Made by a program: the position numbers and the translations under genes. This document shows positions 1 to 11,200 of a stretch of 20,000 nucleotides of DNA, in pieces. The stretch lies in NCBI RefSeq assembly GCF_001949145.1, contig NW_019091356.1:3247237-3267236 (forward strand). The letters are read 5' to 3'. The notes under the pieces were generated by a model. It was not told the origin of the DNA and ran no database searches. It saw nothing but the letters and a program-made list of their open reading frames with translations. The stretch's first letter is position 1. Each line of letters opens with the position of its first letter. This DNA is from Acanthaster planci (taxonomy: Eukaryota).

Positions 1-528
1 CTGCTTTTTGTCACAGTTAGTCCACCTCTAGCTGTAGGTCGCACAGGGAACAGTTAGCACAAGAAATACCCTTGTTGCCATGTTAAATTTCATTATGCCT
101 CAGTTCTGAGTGTTTGTGACTTCTTGTGTTAATCCCAGGAAATAATGTCTCCAATATTAACAAAACCTTCCCTGTTGTTAGCCCACCTCACAGTGTATCT
201 GTGGTGTTTCTGTTCCTTTGGTGAGTGTAATTTGTAATCACGGTACTTTAGTGTTACAGTTACACCTCTGGTGTTGTCCATTCCGTCATTAAGCATCTCT
301 TATCCTTCTGTACCCCACCACCTGCCTTCCCCACCCAAATCCCCTCCCTATGCCTCACCCCTTTTCTTGTGTAACGTGTCTTTGTCCCAGTTGCATCAAA
401 TTCAAGCTGGTACATGTATTACAGATCGTCCCCCAACCTTTCCCCCTCCCTGTTTGTATACCCATCTGCCTGTATCAATTTCTCATGTCTATCTCCTCTC
501 TCTGTACCTCTGCTGTCTTGCTGCGTAG

Positions 529-573
529 CTTGCAGCTCAGGAATCACACGACTTTTACTCGGCTTTGGAGCAG
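529..573 (+). CDS. Candidate 45-nt upstream exon of the MYO10-like gene (LAAQESHDFYSALEQ)
   Basis: ~100-nt AG-free pyrimidine tract ending in tag, donor CAG|gtatgt, phase 0-0, open and compatible with the phase-0 acceptor at 2194. No homology support. Confidence 0.55.
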
Positions 574-1170
574 GTATGTTGGGTCATTAACGCCTCGTTG
601 ACCTTTGACCCCTATGCATAATGAATCATTACTACTAATCACATTAATACTCAGCTGGTTTTTGTTTTAGTTGACTTTTCTCCATACATTCGTTTCCCTT
701 GGTTTCCACTCTCTTTGAAGTGGAGAATTTCTGCTGTACGACTGTACCATTCTGACGGTGCACTGTTACAGTAGCTCTTCTTGCAAAATTGGCGAAACTT
801 TCTTTTATTCAAGGTGCATTGCTAAATGAAGATTACTCCCATGTTTTTGAAGGTGCAGTCAATTTGGCATACTTGGCACTACTTGTGCAAATCAAAAATT
901 GGTATTTACATTGCTGCCTTATCTTGAATATAACCAGCAATGTGAAGTCTGTGCGATGTTAATCCATAAATTGTATACTACCTATGCGCAAAAGGGCATT
1001 TGAAGACACCAGGGGCCAATTTCATAGAGCTGCTTAAGCTACTTTTAGAGTAGAACTTTCCGCTGTCAGCATATTTCAAATAAATTGAGTTCACTTTAAA
1101 TGCTTCTACCGATTTAACTCTTTTCCACAGCCGGCGGAGTTAGAAGTAAGCAAAAGAAGAATTTAAAACA

Positions 1171-1344
1171 ATACTAGCGTTTCACAATAGTGCACCTCCA
1201 AGAGTTTGCAACGCATTGACCAATCATAGTGCGCGAAATCTGCCGACCCGGTGCGCGTTTGGAAAGGGTTGACAGATTTCACGCCTTGTGATTGATCAAC
1301 GCATTGAAAACTCTTGGAAGCGTGCTATTGTGAAACACCCGTAT
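1171..1344. mobile_element. Palindromic inverted repeat, probable MITE relic
   Basis: Arms 1179-1249 and 1266-1336 are reverse complements at 57/71 positions with a 16-nt loop. Most mismatches are transitions. Confidence 0.7.
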
Positions 1345-2193
1345 CGTGTATGTCTGTAATTTAGTGTTGGGTAATCTCTGTGGTACATCGCTTTTTTTGC
1401 TAAGCAGATATTTACTAGCTGTGTGTTGCATGCATGTTCTAATCATTTTCTAGCTGTGGTGTCAAGAGGATGTACTGTATTGCTCATTATATTACTTTTT
1501 TAATTCTCCAGTTCTGCTTACATCAGTCCCAAAGCTTTGCTTTTTTTTTCGTTCAGGCTAGGAGGCACTCTAAAATAAAAATGACTATTTCATTGAACTT
1601 TTCTTTTGTCAGGGGTATAACCGTGCCTTTTAACGGGGAGTCGGGCTGAGCAGTACTTGCTTTCTGTTCTTGGTGTATTAATTTTGCTTTTGAGTGTGTC
1701 AGTTTCTTTTGCTCGGTGTTATCAGCAGATGTCTCCACATGATGCTGCCTTTTTCTCAGTCTTAGGGGCCCAATGCTATGGAGCTGTCTTATCACTTAAT
1801 ACACAGAGCTGCACAGCTGGGTCACTCTCCTAGATAACTATGGTACTATGGAGTGCATCTTGCTTGTGTTTGTTTTTTGGGGGGGCTGAAGGTGTTGGCT
1901 CGAAATTCGGGTAGCCAGATCTGTGCTACTGAAGCAGCTGCTTGAAATGGCCAGATTTCAAAGAGCCATATAGCAGAAAATGGTACTTGGCAAGTTGTAT
2001 GCTGCGCAGAAATCAGCAGTGAACCAGTTAGAAGTGGTATACATTACATTGGCATTTTTACCGGTCACCTGTTCTTGCTAGATGAATGGAAATTGATAGC
2101 TCGGTGAAGTCCTGTGCTTGAAAGATCCATGAAGTTGGCCGTAGACCACTGTCCTGTGTTACTGAACCTCTGCCCCTTTGGTCTCCATTTCAG

Positions 2194-2281
2194 GTTGAGG
2201 ACTCTGAGGAGGACGATGAGAATGCCTCCAAGAAGTCTGAGGACACTCACTACTTTGAGGGCTTCCTCCAGATGAAGACGG
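2194..2281 (+). CDS. MYO10: MYO10-like exon: acidic linker and start of PH1N (VEDSEEDDENASKKSEDTHYFEGFLQMKT)
   Basis: cag| acceptor, G|gtaagg donor; resembles MYO10 YFHSFLYMK. Confidence 0.85.
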
Positions 2282-5200
2282 GTAAGGGAGAGTGGGCGGA
2301 GTGAATGAATTAGTGGGAGGCATTTGTAGAAGCCAGGGGGTTTTTTTTGTTGAAATGTAACCCATTTATTGATTTGTTGTCTGTGACAGGGGGAATGGTA
2401 AACTCGTGGAAGAAGCGGTGGTTTGTGCTGAGAGACGAGACGCTCATGTGGTTCAAAACCAAACAGGTAACAAAAACCTTCCGAAACAGATGTGAAAATA
2501 GGTAGCAGATAAAGAAACTGGAGTTTCCAAAAGTCATTGCAGGGGAAGGAGCGTATCCACTTTGAGGAGAAGCTCCCCCCTCATTGGTTGAAAAGAGCTG
2601 CGTTGGTTGGGAGTGTTCATTTTGTTGGTAGCGATGCGACTACAACGCTTGTGTTTCCGAGTCATTCGTGAAGCAGCGATGTGCAGTTAGTACCAAAGGA
2701 GCATCCATTGCTAAGGAAATAGTGCCCTCTCTTGGTCCAGCTCGAGGCCCACAGTTAAGGACAAGATGACGCAGCAAGCTCCTTTGGTTGTCACTCTTGT
2801 TGAAATTTGTGAGAGTGTGTCTTCAGTACTGTTTCTCCGGTTACCATTTAACAGGAAGCTCTGAAGTCTGGCTGGCTCATGAAGAAAGGAGGCGGAACTG
2901 GTACCCTGTCAAGGTGAGCAGTGTTAATTTTTTTTCCCGTTTAACAGCGATGGGATTTTGACATCATTACTGGTAGGAAGTGGTAGCCCATAGACTCATC
3001 TGGGAGTCCTGGGCTCAGTGAGTTTGATACATACATCGAGTTCAGAACAGGAAAAACGAAGGCCATGAAGCTGACATTCTCCTTCTTTTTCAGACGAAAC
3101 TGGAGGAAGCGTTTCTTCATCCTCAAAGACACGATGCTCTCCTACTACGAATCGGACGGCAATAACGCCAAGCTGCTGGGCAAGATTGACATCAAGGCAT
3201 CCAGGTAGGCCCTCCCCACCTACAAGAATAACTTAAAATACTTGCGCTGCTTCTCATTATTTCCTTGTTTTCACTCTTGCGATCTTTTTCTTCTCAACAA
3301 GGTCTTTTTTAATTCTCCATGCAGACGAATCACAGACAGCAGCTACGGTCGAGAGAACTCCATTGACGTTGAAACCAACGACAGGACATATCACTTGGTG
3401 GCCGAGTCAGCCGACGACTGCAGGTACTGCCTGATACCAATCAAGGATTCTTCCTTTCTTGGTTTACGTTTACTCGTGTTGGATATCTTTGATGCATTCC
3501 TAGAGCTTAAGTGGAAATCATTTCACATTTCCCAGTTGGGACTTGGATCCATACATTGTAACTATTTATCAAAATGTTCTCACCACTAGGCTGCCGGGAT
3601 TTTTTTGACTGTCTGGCAGTTTAAAATCTGTTGTGAGCAGCCAATGAATAAACATTTTGCAAACTCCACTTTTTGGGGGGCGGGGCGATAGAAATGTAGA
3701 TGTCCCAACAGGAGCAGTTCCAAGGGAGGGGAGTGAGTTTTTTTTACGTACCCCGTTAAAATTTGGAAGTGAACTGAAATTTTCATTGTTCTGCACAGTG
3801 AGTGGTTCAGCATCCTGACACGGGTGAAGAACTCGCAGGACTATGAGCTGAAGCAAATGCACGACGAGGAGGCCAACCCCAAGAATGCCATCGGCTCGCT
3901 GGACGTGGCTATCATCGACTCGGTTGTACCCGTGAACATAGCTGAGAGGTTAATCGGTTTGGTTGTGGATTCTATTAAAAATGCTGAGTGTGGTTATGTT
4001 GTTGGAGCCCATGTTTGTATGTCACAAGACTTGACTCTCAACATCCTAGATTTTCAAGATCGATTAGGTTTTTGGAGGATTTTGAAAGGTCAAGGAAGAT
4101 GCAGCCTCATTCATTGTCCTAAACCCTCCAGGGTACTTTGACCAGAAACCCTGCCAGGCGCATCTGTCCAAGACCAAACAGCCTGGGAGTCTGTGGTTGC
4201 CAGCCACCACAGGATCCAACCGTGACATTGTTCAGTGGGACTAGCTCCCAATGTCTCAATATGGCTAGTTTGTTAGGCTGCTGTTGATTGCCAAGTGCTT
4301 GAAAAGTGCTTTAGACTTTTTACACCTGAGGCACTGTGCTACGTTTGGCAGGGTTGGGGCTATTACATCCTACGAGGCTTGATGTACCCTCCAGCTCAGT
4401 ACAAGTTTGTTGTCAATGATTTTGGGGAAAAGTGGAGGATTCAAGAGGGTTCTTGTCGCAGTTGCCTTTGGAGTTGGAATAGTGTCATCAAGATAAGAGC
4501 CGTCGTTTTGTTGGATCTTGTTGTCTGATGACTAATGACTTCTTTTTTTTCTATTCTAGGCCCAACTGTTTTGCCATCATCACGGCCGAGAGGGTCATCA
4601 ACCTGCAGAGTGAGTCTCCGGTCGGCATGAACAACTGGCTAGCAGGTAAGGACTGCTCACACTTTAGCGCAGCTGATGAACCACCAACGGGGTCAACTTA
4701 TGACTGTTAGATTTCAGCAAATTCAGAGAGAGCCTCAATAAAAAATTTTGGAGATTAGTATTTCAGTGTACAAAGGATGGTTCCTGTAGTTGCATTTATA
4801 TAAGAGGCGTGCAACTTTTCCTCAGATAAGCTGATTTCCTTGGAAAAGTCGTGGAAATTTGTTTTGTTTTGCAGGCCTGGAAAAGTCATGAAATTTTGTA
4901 AAAATGACTAAAAGTCATGGAAGAGTCATGGATATTTTCAAACATTGTGTGTGATTTCTATTCTCAGAAATAAGTGCATAAAATGTGTGATTGTATTTGT
5001 AACTTAAAAAGCCCAATAGTCCAAGAAATTGCATTATTGGGTCATGGTTTTTCATAATTTGGTCAGGGAAAAGACATGGAATTTAATTGTCCTTTGGGTG
5101 CAGGAACCCTGTTCCTTGTGTTTTTTTTTTTATTCTTGCCATTACAAATTCAAAAATGTTCACAAAATCTTGTGCAGTTGGAATGTACTTGGTTTTTTTT

Positions 5201-8200
5201 CCTGAATTCCCACTCACACACCTGATAACGAGTCGGCCTGCTGCAGCTTTCATCCCGTTTTACAGGGGTGAGATTTCCCAGCTTTTTAGCGGATTTCAGC
5301 TTTTTTGTTTTGGATTTCAGCTTTTTTTCTTCACTGGCTGTGTGGGAGATTTTCTCAGTTCAGCTTCTTTACGCCCTTTTCCAGCTGTTTTCAGCTATTT
5401 GTATCATTGGTCAATCTCACCCCCTGGCTTTAGCAGCCAAGTTTCGTACTTCTGAAGCAATTACTTCCACTGTCAGAGGTCTGAGAGATCCAACAGGTTG
5501 TCTTCCCTCCTTCCCTCCCCCAGCTCTGACCCAGTACCACAAGGGCAAGCGCACCCACAAACAGGAGGACATCCTGTTGGGCGGCTGGCTGACCAAGGAG
5601 AGTGCCTCCACCGGCACCCTGGCCCGGGTCTCCATGGGCTCCCGCAAGAAGCGCTATTTCGTGCTGACGGCCAACTCGCTGGAGTTCTACCGCAGTGTGG
5701 AACTGGAGCAGAAGATGGGCGCCATCGCCCTCAACAGCCTGTGCTCTGTCACGCTGCCGGACGAGAAGATATTCAAGGAGGAAGGTGGGTGGAGGTTTTT
5801 CTGGCATGGCACCTGGCTCTTGGATTTTAGTGGTGGGGGGTAGGCAAGTGTCCCAGTTGGATTTTTTGGGGCTATGGCTTTGGTTTTCGCCATTCACAGA
5901 CCATGGGTGGATAGCCATAGCAATTGACAAAAGTGTACATGCTGCCAGGTGAGAGATATTCAAGGAGGAAGATAGGTGGACTTTTTCAGGTTTGGCATTG
6001 GTCTTTTGGTTGGGGGGGAAGGAGGAAGGGTTTGGCAGTGCCCAAATTGGGTATTTCAAGGCTACGGCTTTTTTTCTTGCTGTTCATGCATGCACAATGC
6101 TGGACAGCAACAACCATTTTGACAAGAGTGCTTATTTTGGACTTGAGACCAAGCAAAGCTTCTTATATGGTCTTCAGGAATTCCCCTCCCTTTTGTCCTA
6201 AATTGAATTGAACACAAATAATAGATTGTTGTAAATATTATGTACACTTCCAACAGCTGGGATATTTTCAAATATTGCAAACTATACCAGGGGTCTGTGC
6301 GTGCAGATTGCATTTGCTAAATGTACGAATAAAATACATCCATTCGGGTATTCAGCATTCAAAATTCAATATTTGTAAGCTTTCCAACAAAGTGTGTATT
6401 ATATTGGCCTGCGTCATGTTTTTTGGTGTTTGCTATTTCTGCAAGCGGGGCTTCTCTTGAGTCTTCAAAGCCTGCATTGGACTTGAAACACGGCTGTACT
6501 AACCACCGTCATACCTGTATTGCAAATAGTGTATAATCCTCATCTTAAATGCCACCCTAACCCCATCAACACCCTACCCAAATTCTGCAAAAACCCCACC
6601 TTTGCCCATACAGCCTTACCCAAATCCATACCCGACCTCTTGTCTTTCCTTTTTTTGTTTGACTTCTCAAGCCTCACACCCACCCATCCACCCACCCACC
6701 TGCCATTCATGCCCTTCCCTTTATTCCCGCCCAACTGTCATCCTCTTTTTATTCCCGTCCAATATCTGCAACAGCCACTGTCCTTGTTTTACATACCAAC
6801 CCGAGCTCCTACACAGCTGAACACAGCCTAGCCTAGCCCAACCCAACCCTACCCATGTCTTCCCTGCCTTACCCTGCCCTGCCCTTGCCTTGCCCAGCCC
6901 TACTGTGTCTTGCCTTGCCCCACCTATGTAGCCCTGCCTAGCCCTGATCTGCCCAGCCCTGCCCTGCCTTGCTTTGCCCAGCACGGCCCTGCCCGGCCCT
7001 GCCCAGCCAACCCACTCATCCCACCCATTCCTACCTTACCCCTATTCAGTGCCTACCCAGTTGAAGGTTCCGCACCTCACATTTTTAATTAATTTTAATC
7101 TTAGCACTGAGTGATTATGACGTGCACCAGTGTATTTGCCTGGTACCGATTTTATCCAAATTGCATCTTGATATTAAAATTGTATTTCTCCTGTTCACAT
7201 CCCTCGTTCTTTCCTCTGCGTGATTAAAGCCTGCCCACCGCCCACATCCAATCCAAGTTCCCCAAGCCCCAAAAAGAGCCGTAAAAAGAGCCCCATCCAG
7301 TATATCAGTAGCCCCACCCAAGATAGCCTGAGCCAAAATAGTCTCTCCCACAACGGCTCCACCCAGAGCCTCAACTCCCTGAATTTCAAGTCGAGCACAA
7401 ATAGCTTGGTAGAGACGCTGATCCGCAATAAAAAGAAAAAACGCCGGGGTAAGACGACACGTTGTCTGCATGATCTCTTGGCACTTCGGGACTTTTGCAC
7501 TTTGCACATACAAGATTCTGTGATGTTTGCATGATAAATGTCAAGCGTAGTTATAAATAGATGTGAAGCTATGAATATGCATGATTTGAAGCATCTCGTT
7601 TGTATTGAGAGGCATGAATTATTCATATTTGATTTTTTAAAAGAAAATGTTTCCCTTGTGAATGGTTTTTGTTTCCTTGATACGATTCCTTAGGCCGATT
7701 CATCAAGGAAGTTTGGATAATGTGAATTGTTATTCTTTGATGTGTTTCAATGAATTTACATATATTTGACGTTGCTGTTTGTCCTTATATGTTATTATTT
7801 AAAGTGTATTTTATGTTTCAACTATTGAAATTTGGTCTTTTAAAAGTGATGTGTTTCGTCAAACCGTTTTGATATGATGTGGACACCTGTTTATGAAAGC
7901 CAATTGAATTGATATTGAGGTCACAGAGTATTTAAGTTTGATTGGGGAAATTTTATTTGGTGAAGATTGTTATACAGCAGCAATTGAAGTTTGAATTTTT
8001 TCTTTTCCTAAGTTCCTTGCATGATGACATCATTCACTCGCTGGAACACAACAGTTATCGGCTTTATTATGATAACATGAACACGCATCTAATACATGTA
8101 TCTGTCAACTGTGCATAATTTAAAGTCGTTTGTGTTTTATGCTTTTACGGCAAATTAATTATCACATAAACATAGGAAAATGTACATATTTATTACAGTC

Positions 8201-11200
8201 ACAGTTTAATTTTGATGGCTTGTTAATATTCATGGTAATTGCTAATGACATTATTTCTAACTCCCCCATTTTTGCACCTGTTGCCTCCCCAAACCAACAC
8301 CTCTCATCTTCTAGGTAGTCTGGGTAACATCTTATCTAATGGGGTCATGCCCACTGACACGCCCACCCAGTCCAATGGCATCAAGGCCACGCCCCCGTCT
8401 AGCCCCGCCCAGGGCCAGTCCAACTCCAACTCTATGCGTAGACGGTCCAATAGTCTTGTTTCCACGCTTATGCGGTCTAGCAAGCGATTAAGTAGACTAG
8501 ATCGTGAGGGTATGTATCCACGCAGGTGGAGGCTCCGCCTCAAATGGATCAACAAAATGAATCATGCATGCCTTGCTGCATAATGCATGTATGCATGCAA
8601 AAACCTTCCCTGTGTCTCCTAGCTTGCTGGTGTTCCTGCCTGTGGTGTACTACTAACTCATGCATGCAAACTCAGGCGATTTGCTTGAAAAAAATTGTGA
8701 TTCCTGTTCCCTGCTTAAGGTTAACCCAAACAATGTGCATGCAAACAAGTCATGTGCATAGTCACACAAATTTGACCAAACTAGAATTCTTTCCACGTTA
8801 ATTTTGATTCGAGCTGTACTTTCGTTGGCTCCCCGAACAGGCCACCATAACCTGCTCTTTTTGTCACTTTCATTTTGTTGAATGTTGCTTTAAACTTTTT
8901 AAATTTTGTATGGCTAACTGACAAACATAGACTTGTAGTTTGTAGCTGATGTTCCAGGAACACAGTTGACTGTCAAAGTTGCATTGATGACAGATTTAAG
9001 ATCTGTTTATTAATTCACTTTGGAAGTTGTTACAATTACCCAGCTCATATAGAACATCAACTACTTAGAATGTGGCACTTTGGAACAGAAGGGGGACCTG
9101 TTTTCATGCCACCGCAAGCAAAAAACAGGGTTTATGCATGAAGTAGGTGTTCAAACTACACCTCGGCAGGGAATTGATGTCCAGTAATGATAAGCAAAAT
9201 GTTGCACCGAGCAGTAGTTGCGTGTCCCCCATGAGTATATATATACTTTGTTGAAAGTCACAGTTGAACTGCTACAAACTGAAGTTCAGTTTTCTGTCCC
9301 TGTCTAAATTTGTAGGCTGCCTGCTTGAGTCCTCCATTGTCATAAGTAGCAAGACTATAACTGCACTAATTATTGCATTTAACAGCTTGCTTGAAATCTT
9401 TGAAACATATTCAACCCTGCTTTTCGTCATCATTGGAAATCAGTCATGCACGGAATGCCATTATGCCATGTTTTTCCTTCTGCACTGTTCCTGTCTTAAC
9501 ATCATTCATCTTATGCTTTCCTCTCCGATCCTTTTTTTTTAACCATTTAACTGTGGGCTCTTTCTAGTGCCCATTGTTTCTCATTTGTTAGGAAAACCTT
9601 CTTTGACACAATGAAACCGATCTTTAAAGATCTGTTGGGCTTGAGGTATGTCCACGCGCCATTCCTTAGAAGGCCGACAACTTCTTGGCTGTGAATTAAT
9701 GGTTGATTTTTTTTCAAAACGCTGACCGTGACATCGGCAGGCTACTGGAAGTTTACGGTGCATGGGCGTAACTGCTCCTTCAACCTGTACACTGTGTCTT
9801 ATGATGAAGCCTGGAAGTGGACCTATGCCATTCAGGATGTCATCGACAGCAAACCGAAGCTGGAGACGCCGTTCCAGATACTCATTAGGGACATTAAGGT
9901 GAGGTTTCATTCGTGAAGCTGGACAGGGGGGTCGACTGATTTCTTTGGCTCGGTCACTATTTCAATGAATCGGTTGATCTACCACTCTCTTATAATTCAG
10001 TCAAGAGGCCAGAATGCCATAGAAAATTGTAAAGGTAGTTGCAGGTTTGAAAATTACAGAAATTCTTTTTCCAACATGTTGATATTTGTGGTATAAACAA
10101 AACTTCACGTAACTGGTGTGCTTTTTTTCCCCCCCTTTTTTCAGGAGGCAGCGATGGCTGGCGATCTGACAAGCATAGAGCGGATCTTCCGTTTGAATCC
10201 CATCCTCCGTAACACGCCCCACCCCCTCAAGGCTCCCCTCCTTCCTCTACCCTATGGCATGATCGTCAGCTCCAGTAAGTTCCCAACTTGTCACCGCCAT
10301 CATCCCTTTCATTGCTTACACGTGTTAATCGCGGCTAAGTTACGCCGCTGCTGAACTGTCAACGTAAAACAATGTGGAAAACTTAAGAACGTTAGCTGCC
10401 GTGTACTTGTACATGTTCATGCTGCCGCCAGAGATTTATTTCTTACATCAGTGAAATGAACTTACTTATAAAGAAGAAGCAGTTGCCCTCCCCCCCATTA
10501 AAGGGCAAAATTAATTTTGATATCAGGTAGGTTCAGTTCACTTATTGATGCCCCTGCTGGTTTTCTAAAGTTAGTTCATGACTCTACCCCAAGCGGACCA
10601 AGAGAGGAAGCAAATTTCCTTGCAATGGGGCACGTTTGATGGGAGCTGTACTTTGCTGGTTCACCAAACGACTGTGAACTGCATGCATTGCTGTTGTGTT
10701 GCTACTAGCCAACTGAACTCTCCCCACCAACATAGCTCTTTTCAACTCATGAGGGGGTGCTCCTGCTCAAGGTGGATTTGATGAATATTTGCCCTTGTCA
10801 ATTCCCAGGCCAAGAGAAGGGATACACGACACTGAACGATGAAGGGGTGAAAATCTTCAACTCTCTGCTGGGCTCGGAGAATCTGCCTGATCCTATGCCA
10901 GTGATCCAGGTATTAACCCACAGAGCTTGCCACCAGCTGTTGGTTAACTAGTCAGGAGTTTGGACCTCAATTAACGATCCAGTTTGTCAGCACTGATTAG
11001 TAACCAGGAGTGATCAACTGGCTTATAACCTAAGTGACATAAAGAAGCTAGATATTTCTGACTATCCAAACTCATAGCATGCAACTTTTCCTCGGATCAG
11101 CTGATTTTCTCATTTTTCATTCACACTTAGGCCATTGAAAATTGAGAACACTTACAAAGTCTTGTGAAGAGTGGCATTTCCTCGTTTTTGTCAAAATCCA

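Noticed and set aside
139..220. Exon-like segment (cccag|...TTG|gtgagt)
   Set aside because: From acceptor 138 the frame that ends in phase 0 has an immediate TAA. Shorter versions (182-220, 194-220) are open but have weaker acceptors and no other support.
1557..1649. Strong acceptor at 1556 followed by a short open frame
   Set aside because: Reaches TGA with no convincing donor and no homology.
1011..1955. Related motifs ggggccaatttcatagagctgctt (1012), ggggcccaatgctatggagctg (1765) and an inverted copy near 1933-1955
   Set aside because: Probably decayed MITE termini, but too degenerate to define boundaries or a TSD.
2390..4645. PH1 split by PH2 as a novel architecture
   Set aside because: This is the established MYO10 arrangement.
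5417..6059. Long minus-strand and alternate-frame ORFs (up to 209 aa)
   Set aside because: Shadows of the GC-rich PH3 exon; no recognisable protein.
6672..6836. Possible third cassette exon from acceptors at 6671 or 6774
   Set aside because: Both reach in-frame stops (TGA, TAG) with no donor and run into the microsatellite.
6721..7092. ORFs with ARQG/PALP repeats
   Set aside because: Translations of the pentamer microsatellite.
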